From contig VFJJ01000015.1 of the NCBI GenBank assembly GCA_009886115.1, positions 1 through 50,265 of the forward strand: a stretch of 50,265 nucleotides of DNA, in the 5' to 3' direction. The position numbers were made by a program, and so were the translations under genes. This DNA is from Actinomycetota bacterium (GTDB taxonomy: Bacteria; Actinomycetota; Acidimicrobiia; IMCC26256; VFJJ01). Below the pieces are notes generated by a model. The model saw nothing but the letters and a program-made list of their open reading frames with translations, was not told where the DNA came from and made no database searches. Positions 9,737-19,214 of the stretch are shown here, one piece after another (the stretch's first letter is position 1; each line of letters opens with the position of its first letter).

Positions 9737-11481
9737 GACGCATCCTCCTCCGCCCCCTGCTCGTGACGTGCAGGACGTGCAGGACGTGCAGGACGTGCAG
9801 GACGGGCTTGGGGCCCACGGTCGGCTGTGACGGCGTCAGCTCCGATCGCTCGCAGGTCGACCTTGCGCACCTTCTCCGAAGGCGTCTTCGGGAGCTCGTC
9901 GATGAATCGGAGATATCGGGGTACGGCGAAGGCCGGCAACTGGCGATCGGCATACTCCCAGAGCTCCTCGGACGTGAGCGAGGCGCCGGGCTCGAGCACG
10001 ACGAAGACCATCACCTCGTCTTCGCCGGCCTCCTGGTCGGCAGGCACGCCGATCGCCGCGACCTCAGCGATGGCCGCATGGTTGAGGAGCCCCTGTTCGA
10101 CCTCGTAGGAGCTGATGTTCTCCCCCCGACGACGAATGGCGTCCTTCAGCCGGTCGACGAAGTAGTACCAGCCGTCATCGTCGCGCCTGAGCCCGTCGCC
10201 GGTGTGGAACCAGAGGTTGCGGAACACCTCGACGGTCTTGTCGGGCATCCCGTAATAGCCCATCAGCATGGTCCAAGGGTGACACGCCCTGACCGTGAGC
10301 TCACCGACCTGACCGACGGGGACCTCTTCGTCGGTTTCGGGGTCGACGAGGCGAACGTCGTACCAGTCGCGATTGAGCATTCCCGCTGCCCCGGCGGGGC
10401 GCTCGACACCATGCGGCGTGAGGATCGGCATACAGGTCTCTGTGAGCCCGAACACCTCTACGAAGGTGTCGATACCGAAGCGCTCCTTGAAGGGCCCGAG
10501 GATCGAGTGGGCGGTGGGCGCAGCGAAGATGCAGCGGATGTCGTTGTCGGCATCGGCCGGCGTCGGCGGTTGCTGCCAGACGAAGTCCATCATCACGCCG
10601 ACGAAGTTCGTGACCGTGGCGCCACAGTCGCGAGCTTGGTTGAGCCATTCCGAAGCGCTGAACCGTTGTTGCATCACATATCGAGCCCCGGCGACGAGCG
10701 CGGGATACGCCGCGAGGAACTGCGAGTTGCCGTGGAACAGGGGCCCGACCGACATGTACGCGTCGCGGTCGGTGAGGCGTGTCAATGAGACGCACTCGTC
10801 GGCGAAGATGTGCATGTGGGCGTGGGGCATCATCACCCCCTTGGAAAGACCGGTGGTCCCGGAGGTGAAGAAGATCGACGCCAGGTCGTTGTAGCCGACC
10901 TCGGGCAGTGTGGCGTTCGCTGCCGCCGAAGCCGTGCTGTTGCGAGCATCCGACGGTGGTGTGAGGAGATCGGTCCAGAGCCCGGTCGCGTGTCCGGCGG
11001 CGTCGAGGAGAGCCGTGCCCGCGTCGCACGCGGTGTCGTCACCCACGAGGTAGAAGCGACGAATGGACCGGCAGGCCTCGGGGAGATCGACGAAACGCTC
11101 GGCATAGGCAGGGTCGATGATCGCGAAGGTGGGCTCGACCGTGCTCGTCTGGTGGGCGAGGAACGATCCGCGATACGCGGTGTTGATGGGGACCTCGACC
11201 AGCCCGGCGACCGCCGTGCCCAGCCAGGCGAAGACGTACGCCGAGCAGTTCGGGAGCATGACCAGGACGCGGTCACCCGGGATGGCGCCCGCAGCAAGGA
11301 ACGACTGTCCGATCGACTCGGCGATGTCGAGTGTCTGTCGATAGGTGTAAAGCTCAGCAGTCCAGGGAACGTCGAGATACACGGTGTCGGCGTGGGTCAG
11401 CGCCCGGTGCCTCAAGGTGTGGGGCGTCGTCCACTGCCGGCGGTCGGCGAACGTGGGCCGATGCTCCTCGTAGAAGGCCAT
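9733..11481 (-). CDS. Acyl-CoA synthetase (CaiC/crotonobetaine-CoA ligase-like)
   Basis: FTSGTTGLSKG, PLFH, FGLTE, WFHTGD, DRLKDAIRRRGENISSYEVE, LPKTPSEK; starts at MAFYEE. Confidence 0.92.
   Translation of the reverse strand: MAFYEEHRPTFADRRQWTTPHTLRHRALTHADTVYLDVPWTAELYTYRQTLDIAESIGQSFLAAGAIPGDRVLVMLPNCSAYVFAWLGTAVAGLVEVPINTAYRGSFLAHQTSTVEPTFAIIDPAYAERFVDLPEACRSIRRFYLVGDDTACDAGTALLDAAGHATGLWTDLLTPPSDARNSTASAAANATLPEVGYNDLASIFFTSGTTGLSKGVMMPHAHMHIFADECVSLTRLTDRDAYMSVGPLFHGNSQFLAAYPALVAGARYVMQQRFSASEWLNQARDCGATVTNFVGVMMDFVWQQPPTPADADNDIRCIFAAPTAHSILGPFKERFGIDTFVEVFGLTETCMPILTPHGVERPAGAAGMLNRDWYDVRLVDPETDEEVPVGQVGELTVRACHPWTMLMGYYGMPDKTVEVFRNLWFHTGDGLRRDDDGWYYFVDRLKDAIRRRGENISSYEVEQGLLNHAAIAEVAAIGVPADQEAGEDEVMVFVVLEPGASLTSEELWEYADRQLPAFAVPRYLRFIDELPKTPSEKVRKVDLRAIGADAVTADRGPQARPARPARPARPARHEQGAEEDAS
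9765..9804. repeat. Tandem repeat (GACGTGCAG)x4 in the ligase C-terminal tail
   Basis: Read directly; encodes (ARP)n in frame. Confidence 0.9.
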
Positions 11482-12248
11482 CACAGCCCTCGGGGCGGGA
11501 ACTGCGCCTTGCGCTTCTCCATGAACGCCGTGGCCCCCTCGATCATGTCGGGCGATCCGACGGCCTGGAGCAGCATCCCGAGCCCGGCCTGCATGTCTGT
11601 GCGCAACTGGTTCCACCAGACGTTGCTGCTGATCTTGGCGATCTCGAGATAGCGCGGGCTCATGGCCAACAACTCGGCGGCCCAGAGCTCGACCTCGGCC
11701 TCGAGGTCGGCGTCGGGTACGACCCGGTTGATCCATCCCATGTCGAGCGCTTCGCGGGCGCTGTACTTCCGGCAGAGGAAGACCACTTCCTTGGCCCGCT
11801 TCTCGCCGATGTTCATGGCCAGCAGGTTGGTCCCGCCGAGCACCGGCGCCGAGCCGATCTTCACGCCGGTCTGGCCGAACACGGCGCTCTCGGCGGCGAT
11901 GGCCAGATCGCACGCCACGACGAGCTCGTTCCCCCCGCCGATGGCCGGACCGTTCACCGCGGCGATGACGGGCTGCGACGCATTGCGGATTGCATCGAAC
12001 ATCTCCAGAGATCCGACGAACTGCGAACGGAGCTCGTCGTACTTGGGGTTCTGGAGATTGGCGAGGTAGCCCCCGGCGCAGAACGCGCGGCCTTCGCCGG
12101 TGATCACGAACACCCCGGCGTCGGCGTGCTCACGGAACGCGGCGATGATCTCGTCGATGGTGCCCCGACCGTAGCTGTTCAAGCGCTCGGGTCGATTCAG
12201 TCGGAGCCAGACGACGCGGTCGCGGCGGTCGACGATCACGTCGCTCAT
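11481..12248 (-). CDS. Crotonase-superfamily protein, BadI/Oah/MenB-like (putative cyclic beta-ketoacyl-CoA hydrolase)
   Basis: AFCAGG, AIGGGNEL, FGQTGVKIGSAP, EKRAKEVVFLCRKYSAREALDMG. Confidence 0.85.
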   Translation of the reverse strand: MSDVIVDRRDRVVWLRLNRPERLNSYGRGTIDEIIAAFREHADAGVFVITGEGRAFCAGGYLANLQNPKYDELRSQFVGSLEMFDAIRNASQPVIAAVNGPAIGGGNELVVACDLAIAAESAVFGQTGVKIGSAPVLGGTNLLAMNIGEKRAKEVVFLCRKYSAREALDMGWINRVVPDADLEAEVELWAAELLAMSPRYLEIAKISSNVWWNQLRTDMQAGLGMLLQAVGSPDMIEGATAFMEKRKAQFPPRGL

Positions 12249-12344
12249 GGTCGTGTCTCCCTTGTGGGTGCGCTTTGCCGACGAGCCGTGCACTGCGAGT
12301 TTGGAGGATATCGAGCCTGTCGTGAGCGAGCGAGCTGGTTGCCG

Positions 12345-12363
12345 TAATCCGTGATCATGGTTA
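12345..12363. promoter_or_regulatory. Candidate operator, motif B
   Basis: TAATCCGTGATCATGGTTA in a divergent promoter region; 14/16 match to AACCATGATCATGGTT. Confidence 0.5.
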
Positions 12364-12418
12364 GCATCGGGCAGCTGGTTCGACGGCCGGCGTTGCGTAG
12401 CCCGAGACGGAGATGCCC

Positions 12419-13267
12419 ATGGGAAAGCTCGATGGCAAGGTAGCGCTCGTGACCGGAGCTTCGCGAGGTCAGGGAGCCAATCACTGCCGGTGGTTGGCCC
12501 GTGAAGGCGCCAAGATCGTGGCGCTCGACGCCTGTGCCGACTTCGATCCGATCTATCCCCTGGGCACACGGGCCGAGTTGCAGCAGACGGTGGCCTCGTG
12601 CGAGAGCTTTGGTGTGCAGGCGATCGCCATCCAGGCCGACGTGCGCGATGAGCGTCAGGTCGAGGCCGCCGTGGCGGAGGCGATCGACCGGCTCGGATCG
12701 GTCGACATCCTCTGCAACAACGCCGGCGTTTGCAAGGTCGACGGTATCCACGAGATGTCGAGCGAGGTCATCGACATCGTCATCGACATCAACGTCAAGG
12801 GCGTCTTCTACACGACCAAGCACGTCGTGCCCGGCATGATGGAACGCAACTGGGGTCGCATCATCAACACGGCCTCTGCAGGCGGACTCAAGGCGTTGCC
12901 CTACGTGTCGCACTACGCCGCGTCCAAGGGCGCCGTGGTCATGGCGACGAAGTCGTGGGCCAACGAGCTCGCCCCGTACGGTATCTGTGTGAACGCGATC
13001 TGCCCGGGAACGATCCTGTCGGGCATGATCACCGGCCTGGCCGGCCAGATGGCGGCCGATCCGGTCTCGGGCGAACCTGTACCGCTGGGCTCGGTCGATC
13101 CCGATGCCGCGTACGACGCCTTCAACGCCAACAACATGCTCAAGGGACCGCGAGGTCATGTGGTGATCGACGACATCTCGGCCATGGTCGTGTACCTGGC
13201 CTCCGAAGCCGGTGATCGGATCACCGGCCAGGCGATCCCGATCGACTCCGGTTGGACGTCGAGTTGA
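12419..13267 (+). CDS. SDR oxidoreductase, mycofactocin-associated type
   Basis: TGASRGQG..H; long insert after the beta2 Asp (DACADFDPIYPLGTRAEL); NNAG; HYAASK. Confidence 0.85.
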   Translation: MGKLDGKVALVTGASRGQGANHCRWLAREGAKIVALDACADFDPIYPLGTRAELQQTVASCESFGVQAIAIQADVRDERQVEAAVAEAIDRLGSVDILCNNAGVCKVDGIHEMSSEVIDIVIDINVKGVFYTTKHVVPGMMERNWGRIINTASAGGLKALPYVSHYAASKGAVVMATKSWANELAPYGICVNAICPGTILSGMITGLAGQMAADPVSGEPVPLGSVDPDAAYDAFNANNMLKGPRGHVVIDDISAMVVYLASEAGDRITGQAIPIDSGWTSS

Positions 13268-14421
13268 GCCCGTCCGGGTCGCTGGCAACCGTCAGCCGGG
13301 CTCTCGACGATCGTGCGCTGGCTGTCCTCGCCGAAGCTCGTACCGTTGCCGCCGGCTGCGAGAGCTTCGCGATCGAGGCTGATGAGTCGAGCGTCGTCCA
13401 CGAACCGACGCTCGCGGCCCTGCGGGCCAGCCGGCTGAGCGAGCTCGTCGTTCCCTCGGCGTTCGGCGGACGATTCGATCAGGTCGATCCCTTGGCCGTG
13501 TGCGTCGCCCGTCAGGCGTGCATGAAGGTGTCGTCGCATCTCGACTCGCTCTTCGCCCTTCAGGGCATCGGGAGCTACGCCATCTCGGTGGCCGGAACCG
13601 AAGAGCAGCGTCGCACCTGGCTCCCGAAGGTGGCCTCGGCCGAGGTGCTGGCGGGGTTGGCCCTCACCGAGCCCGGCGCCGGATCCGACCTGAAGGCCAT
13701 CGCCACCACGGCCACGGTCGACGGGGACGAGATCGTGGTCGACGGGGCCAAGTCGTTCATCAGCAACGGCGGGGCGGCGGGCTTCTACACCACGCTCGTG
13801 GCCGAGAACGGCGGGCTCTCGCTGCTGTTGATCCCCGCCGACAGCCCGGGGCTCACGGTCACGGCCACGCCCGAGATCATCGCCCCGCACGTCCTCGGCG
13901 ATCTCCATCTCGACGGGGTGCGCCTGCCGTCGTCGGCCCGCCTGGGCGAGCCGGGCAAGGGGTTGCGACACGTTCTGGCGACGCTCTCGGTCTTTCGCAT
14001 CTCCGTTGCCGGAGCGGCGGTCGGGCTCATGGAAGGCGCGCTCGAGGAAGCTGTTCGCCACACGCGCACGCGCGAGCAGTTCGGACGGCCGTTGGCCCAA
14101 CACGGCCCGGTTGCCGCACTCCTCGCCGACTCGTGGGCCGAGCTCGAGTCGACTCGACTGCTGACCTACGAGACGGCAGCCTCGGCGAGGCTCGACCCTG
14201 CCGCAAACCTCGACCGGTCGTCTCTGGCCAAGCTGGCGGCCACCGAAGCTGCCAGTCGCGTCGTCGACCGGTGCGTGCAGGCGATGGGGCGCTGGGGACT
14301 CGTCCGCGGCTCGAAGATCGAGAAGTACTACCGGCAGGCTCGTCCGATGCGTGTGTACGAAGGCGCATCCGAGGTGCTGCGCCTGGGCATCGCCCGCCGC
14401 CTCTGCGACGAGGTGGATTGA
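13264..14421 (+). CDS. Acyl-CoA dehydrogenase
   Basis: ALTEPGAGSD, GAKSFISN, REQFGRPL, RVYEGASEV; start uncertain (TTG overlapping the upstream stop). Confidence 0.92.
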   Translation: MSPSGSLATVSRALDDRALAVLAEARTVAAGCESFAIEADESSVVHEPTLAALRASRLSELVVPSAFGGRFDQVDPLAVCVARQACMKVSSHLDSLFALQGIGSYAISVAGTEEQRRTWLPKVASAEVLAGLALTEPGAGSDLKAIATTATVDGDEIVVDGAKSFISNGGAAGFYTTLVAENGGLSLLLIPADSPGLTVTATPEIIAPHVLGDLHLDGVRLPSSARLGEPGKGLRHVLATLSVFRISVAGAAVGLMEGALEEAVRHTRTREQFGRPLAQHGPVAALLADSWAELESTRLLTYETAASARLDPAANLDRSSLAKLAATEAASRVVDRCVQAMGRWGLVRGSKIEKYYRQARPMRVYEGASEVLRLGIARRLCDEVD

Positions 14422-14424
14422 ACC

Positions 14425-15183
14425 GTGGACCTGAGGCTGGAGGGCACGGTGGCGATCGTCACCGGAGCCAGTCGGGGCTTGGGCGAAGCGGCCGTCGAGG
14501 CGCTGGTCGCCGAAGGGGCGTCGGTCGTCGCCGCAGCGCGCACGATCGCCGATCTCGAACGGGTTGCCGCCACGTCGAGCGCGCCCGACCGGATCCACAC
14601 CGTTGCCTGCGACATGCTCGACCGCGATGCTGTGGCCGGGTTGGTCGACGTGGCGGTCGAGCGGTTCGGGCGGCTCGATTGCGTGGTGAGCAACGCCGGT
14701 ATCGCGCCCGCCGGTAACTTCGTCGATCAGGATCTCGAGGTTCTCGATCGTGTTCTTCAGGTGAACCTCGTCGCGCCAGCGGTGTTGGCCCGGGCCGCGG
14801 CCCGACACATGATCGACGCCGGTCACGGCGGCTCGATCATGACCGTGGCGTCCACGTCGGCCCTCAAGGGCAAGGCGCTCCTTGCGGCGTACTCCGCATC
14901 CAAGGGGGGCGTGGTGCGCCTCAGCGAGGCGCTGGCGACCGAATGGGCCCGGTATCGCATTCGCGTCAATGTCATCGCCCCGGGGGCTTTCGAGACGGAG
15001 GCGCAGGCTGCGGTCATCGCCGATCCGAGAATGCTCGATGCCCGGTTGAAGAAGATTCCCGCCCGGCGCATGGGCGAGGCCTGGGAGCTCGGGCCGCTGG
15101 TGTGTTATCTGGCCTCGCCGCTCTCTGATTTCGTGACCGGCTCGGTCTTCGTCATCGACGGGGGCGAGGTCTCGAAGCTCTGA
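14425..15183 (+). CDS. SDR family oxidoreductase
   Basis: TGASRGLG, SNAG, YSASK, VNVIAPG. Confidence 0.92.
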   Translation: MDLRLEGTVAIVTGASRGLGEAAVEALVAEGASVVAAARTIADLERVAATSSAPDRIHTVACDMLDRDAVAGLVDVAVERFGRLDCVVSNAGIAPAGNFVDQDLEVLDRVLQVNLVAPAVLARAAARHMIDAGHGGSIMTVASTSALKGKALLAAYSASKGGVVRLSEALATEWARYRIRVNVIAPGAFETEAQAAVIADPRMLDARLKKIPARRMGEAWELGPLVCYLASPLSDFVTGSVFVIDGGEVSKL

Positions 15184-15223
15184 GGCCGATGAACGCCGTG
15201 AGACACTGCACGCGGAGGATTGC

Positions 15224-15946
15224 ATGAGCAACGCCGATCATCACGACCTGGCCAGCCCATTCCTGCGGTCGGGTGAGATCGCCGCGGTCTCGGCGAAGTT
15301 CGCCGAGGGCCTGGCCCGCATCCGCGACGTCACCGATCGCGACGGTGCGTGTCCCGCCTGGGCCAAGGCGCTCTACATGTCGGGTGCAGCCGCGGTGAAG
15401 GGCCACGACACGATGGTGCACCGGGAGCTGGCGCGCGCGGCTGCCGGGGGCCTGAGCCTCGACTGGGCTCGGGGCGCGTCGCTCGCGGTGCTCATCAGCC
15501 GGGGTGAGGCGGTGTACGAGCGCTTCGTCACGGCTCTCGATTCGGTGTATGGGGTGGCCCGTCCCGAGCCCAATGCGCCGATCCCCGAGCTCGAGATGAG
15601 CCGCGACGCGGCCCTCGAGTACTTCCATGGGTACTTCGGGTTCGTGCCCGAGTACGTGACGCTCATGGCCGACGACGCCCCCCGGGCCCTGGAGGGATAC
15701 GTGCTCATGCGCGAGTGGTCGCTGGCCGAGAACCAGCTGCCGGCCAAGCACGTGGAGTTGCTGCTGTGCACCATGAATGCAGCTGAGTTCTCGTCGCGTT
15801 TCGTGAACGTGCACGCCAACGGGGCCAGACGGGCCGGAGCGTCGGAGGCTGAGATCGTGGAGGCCGTCCTCTGCGCAATCCCCGTGGCCGGGGTCGCGTC
15901 GTGGTTACCGGGCGCTGACGGGATCATGGAAGGCCGGGCGCGATGA
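15224..15946 (+). CDS. Carboxymuconolactone decarboxylase (CMD/AhpD)-family protein, two domains
   Basis: LPAKHVELL...VHANGARRAGASEAEIVEAV; no CxxC. Confidence 0.75.
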   Translation: MSNADHHDLASPFLRSGEIAAVSAKFAEGLARIRDVTDRDGACPAWAKALYMSGAAAVKGHDTMVHRELARAAAGGLSLDWARGASLAVLISRGEAVYERFVTALDSVYGVARPEPNAPIPELEMSRDAALEYFHGYFGFVPEYVTLMADDAPRALEGYVLMREWSLAENQLPAKHVELLLCTMNAAEFSSRFVNVHANGARRAGASEAEIVEAVLCAIPVAGVASWLPGADGIMEGRAR

Positions 15947-16824
15947 AGGTCGCCGTGATCGGCGGGGGGATCATGGGCAACGGAATCGCCCAGATATCGG
16001 CTGCCGCGGGTCACGACGTGGTGATGCGCGACATGACCGAAGAGCTGCTGACGAGGGCGCAGGCCCAGATCGTCGACAGCCTCTCGCGACTGGTGCGCAA
16101 GGAGACGATCACCGATGGCGACCGCGATGCGACCCTTGGGCGGCTGAGCTTCACGACCGAGCTGGGAGCCGCCGTCGACGGCGCCGAGATCGTGATCGAG
16201 GCCGTACCGGAGGATCTCGCGATCAAACAGGCGGTGTTCGCCGAGATCGTCGCCCACTCGTCCGACACGTGCGTGTTCGGGACCAATACCAGCCAGCTCA
16301 GCATCACGTCGATCGGTGCCGGGCTCGGCGACGCCGCCATTCGCCTGGTCGGCACCCATTTCTTCAATCCTCCCGTTCTGATGCGCCTCGTCGAGCTCGT
16401 TGCGGGTCTGCGGACCAGCATCGAAACCCTCGATCGGGCCGAGGCCTTCGCTCGCGGGCTGGGGAAGGAAACCGTGATCTGCCGGAAGGACTCTCCCGGC
16501 TTCCTCACGAGTCGCATCAGTGCGATCCTCCGCTTGGAATGCCTGCGCATGCTCGACGAGGGCCTGGCCTCGGCTGCCGACATCGACAAGGCGATCAAGT
16601 TGGCGTTCAACCATCCGATGGGCCCGCTGGAGCTCGGCGACTTCAACGGCTACGACACGTTCCTCAAGGCGGCGACGGCGCTGGCCGAGTCGCACGGTGA
16701 TCGGTTCCGGCCCCCGCCGCTGTTGAAGAACCTGGTCGCTGCCGGACGATACGGACGCAAGACCGGCGCCGGGATCTACGACTACGCCCCCGACGGCACG
16801 CGTACGGGTGGGAGCATCGCGTGA
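15943..16824 (+). CDS. 3-hydroxyacyl-CoA dehydrogenase
   Basis: GGGIMGNG, EAVPE, NTS, HFFNP..LVE, HPMGPLEL. Confidence 0.95.
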   Translation: MKVAVIGGGIMGNGIAQISAAAGHDVVMRDMTEELLTRAQAQIVDSLSRLVRKETITDGDRDATLGRLSFTTELGAAVDGAEIVIEAVPEDLAIKQAVFAEIVAHSSDTCVFGTNTSQLSITSIGAGLGDAAIRLVGTHFFNPPVLMRLVELVAGLRTSIETLDRAEAFARGLGKETVICRKDSPGFLTSRISAILRLECLRMLDEGLASAADIDKAIKLAFNHPMGPLELGDFNGYDTFLKAATALAESHGDRFRPPPLLKNLVAAGRYGRKTGAGIYDYAPDGTRTGGSIA

Positions 16825-17639
16825 GCATGCGAGCGTGGGCCGATGATCTCGAAGCCACCGTGTTCAGGGTGGAAGAGGCTGGCGTCGCCTGGATCACGCT
16901 GAATCGTCCCGACGCGGCCAACGCCCGGAACCAGCGGATGCGTGACGAGCTGATGCGCATCTATGCAGGCGTCGCAGCCGACCCCGAGATCAACGTCGTG
17001 GTGCTGACGGCTGCTGGCGACCGCTTCTTCTGCGCCGGCATGGACCTGAAGGAGGCAGGCGGTCCCGAGACCCAGGCCCAGCGCCGGAGCCGCCTGCGCT
17101 CGAGTCGCGACATCGAGGTGTTGGCCGCGCTCCCGCAGCCGACGGTGGCCGCGATAAACGGCGCCGCCATGGGCGGAGGCTTCGAGATGGCACTGGCCTG
17201 TGACATAAGGGTGATCTCCGACACGGCCCGGGTCGGGCTTCCCGAGCTCAAGCTGGGACTGGTTCCGGGCGGTGGGGCCACCCAGCGACTGCCCCGCATC
17301 GTGGGCATGGCCCGCACATTCGAGCTCCTGTACCTCGCGCCGACCCTCGTCGGTCCCGAGGTGGTCGCCGCCGGTCTGGCCATGACCTCGGTCGCCGCTG
17401 CCGATCTGGAGGTATCCGTGCGCTCGGTGGCCGCCGAGATCGCGGCCAAGCCGCGGGCTGCGCTGTTCGCCGCCAAGGAGCTCGTCCGCAAGGGGCACGA
17501 CCTCCCGCTCGCCGCAGGTATCGAGATGGAGCTCGACGCACTGTTGTTCCTCATGCAGGCCCGGGTCGACGCTGCCACCGAGGGTGCCTCAGCCGCTGCT
17601 CCAGCTGCTGGCACCACAATCCAGGAGATGCCGTCGTGA
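16821..17639 (+). CDS. Enoyl-CoA hydratase/isomerase
   Basis: FCAGMD, GGGFEMALACD, GLPE; both catalytic Glu present. Confidence 0.92.
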   Translation: MSMRAWADDLEATVFRVEEAGVAWITLNRPDAANARNQRMRDELMRIYAGVAADPEINVVVLTAAGDRFFCAGMDLKEAGGPETQAQRRSRLRSSRDIEVLAALPQPTVAAINGAAMGGGFEMALACDIRVISDTARVGLPELKLGLVPGGGATQRLPRIVGMARTFELLYLAPTLVGPEVVAAGLAMTSVAAADLEVSVRSVAAEIAAKPRAALFAAKELVRKGHDLPLAAGIEMELDALLFLMQARVDAATEGASAAAPAAGTTIQEMPS

Positions 17640-18424
17640 TCGTCGACGCTCATGCCCATGTCTGGCCCGACAACCTCGCGGAGCGGGCGCTCGGCGGAGC
17701 GAACCTCGGGCTGGACCTCTTCGGCGACGGCACCGTCACCGACCTGCTCGCCGCGCAGGAGCGAGCCGGGATCGACCTCTCGGTCACGCTCGCCGTTGCC
17801 AACACGCCCGAGCAGGTGGCTGGGGCGAATCGCTTCGCGGGCTCCCTCGATCGTGACCGCTTCATCCCGTTCGGCAGCGTGCACGCCGGGCTCTCCGCCG
17901 AGGCCAACGTGTCGTCGCTGCGAGCCAACGGCCTTCGAGGCGCCAAGGTGCATCCCCTGTTCCAGAGCTACTCCCTCGACGATCCCGGCCTCTGGGACAC
18001 GTTCGACGCCATGCGGGGCGAGTTCGCCGTCATCTGCCATGTGGGGGAAGGCTCCCACGACGGCGCAGGCGCCAGGTGCACGCCGCTGATGTTGGCCGAG
18101 GTGGTCCGACGGTTCCCGGGCCTTGATCTCATCGCCTGCCATTTCGGGGGATATCGCCTCATCGAGGAGGCGGCCGAGATCGTGATCGGTCTTCCCGTGT
18201 ATGTCGACACCTCGTGGCCGCCGAGCTTCGCCGGCCTGGGTCGCGACCGCACGGTCGAGCTGATTCGCCGCCACGGTGCCGAGCGTGTCGTCTTCGCCAG
18301 CGACTGGCCGACCGCCGACCCGACAGCCGAGATCGCCGTCGTGCGCGACCTCGGCCTCGACGACGAAGACACCGCTGCGATACTCGGCGGCAACCTCGAG
18401 CGGCTCCTCGGGCTCGGGGTCTGA
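17636..18424 (+). CDS. Amidohydrolase_2 family protein
   Basis: VDAHAH, GAKVHP, CHVG, ACHFGG, FASDWP. Confidence 0.88.
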   Translation: MIVDAHAHVWPDNLAERALGGANLGLDLFGDGTVTDLLAAQERAGIDLSVTLAVANTPEQVAGANRFAGSLDRDRFIPFGSVHAGLSAEANVSSLRANGLRGAKVHPLFQSYSLDDPGLWDTFDAMRGEFAVICHVGEGSHDGAGARCTPLMLAEVVRRFPGLDLIACHFGGYRLIEEAAEIVIGLPVYVDTSWPPSFAGLGRDRTVELIRRHGAERVVFASDWPTADPTAEIAVVRDLGLDDEDTAAILGGNLERLLGLGV

Positions 18425-18430
18425 GCATCG

Positions 18431-19174
18431 ATGATCGAGCAGCGCGGCGATGAGCAGCCCAAGAAGGCGACCCTGGTCGCGCGCCAGATCGTCGATGCCA
18501 TCGTCGACGGCGGGCTCACCTGTGGAGATCGGCTTCCAGCCGAGGGCGAGATGGTCGAGCAGTACTCGGCCGGTCGGAGCACGGTGCGCGAAGCCCTACG
18601 GCTGCTCGAATCACAAGGGGTGGTGTCGATCCGCCCCGGCGTCGGTGGCGGGCCGGTCGTCTCCGAGCGCGACGCCAGCGGCATGGCGGCCAACATCGCG
18701 CTGCTCCTGCAGCTCTCGGGAGCCACCTTCAGAGCTGTCATCGACGCCCGGCTCGTGCTCGAGCCCCAGATCGCCGCCGAAGCCGCTCGGGCCGCCGACC
18801 GGAGTGTGGTCGCCGAGCTGCGAGCGTCACTCGAAGCCAGTCGGCGATACCGGTACGACCAACGTCGACTGGTCTCGGAAAGTGCCCGATTCCACGACCT
18901 CGTGGCCGCGAGCTCGAGCAACCCGTTGTTCGAGTACCTGCTGAAGGCGCTGCACCTCATCACCGAGCCCTTCGCTCAGGAGCTCGACTACACGGGCACG
19001 CGCCCCGATCGCCTCCTCCGGGCCCACGAGCGGATCGTCGTGGCGCTCGAGAGCCGAGACGCGGCCAAGGCCGAGGACGCCATGCGCAAGGATCTGCAGG
19101 ACTTCGTGCGCCACGTCAAGGTGACACGCCCGAATCTGTTCGACGAGCCGATCCGCTGGAACCAGGTGTCGTGA
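18431..19174 (+). CDS. GntR/FadR-family transcriptional regulator
   Basis: GDRLPAE..GRSTVREALRLL..G.GGG winged HTH, plus an FCD domain (FHDLVA..SSNP, HERIV). Confidence 0.93.
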   Translation: MIEQRGDEQPKKATLVARQIVDAIVDGGLTCGDRLPAEGEMVEQYSAGRSTVREALRLLESQGVVSIRPGVGGGPVVSERDASGMAANIALLLQLSGATFRAVIDARLVLEPQIAAEAARAADRSVVAELRASLEASRRYRYDQRRLVSESARFHDLVAASSSNPLFEYLLKALHLITEPFAQELDYTGTRPDRLLRAHERIVVALESRDAAKAEDAMRKDLQDFVRHVKVTRPNLFDEPIRWNQVS

Positions 19175-19214
19175 TCCACGGGGCACGGGGTCCACGCTCA
19201 GGAGGAGGAAGATC

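Noticed and set aside
11481..12248. menB (naphthoate synthase)
   Set aside because: No men genes nearby; has GGGNE and GSAP instead of the MenB-type GGGH and GSFD
13156..15231. Long antisense or alternate-frame ORFs (e.g. 13156-15231, 5136-6842, 35617-37308, 46355-48283, 60-674)
   Set aside because: Shadow ORFs of high-GC genes; Arg/Gly/Pro-rich, without motifs, and overlapping well-supported genes
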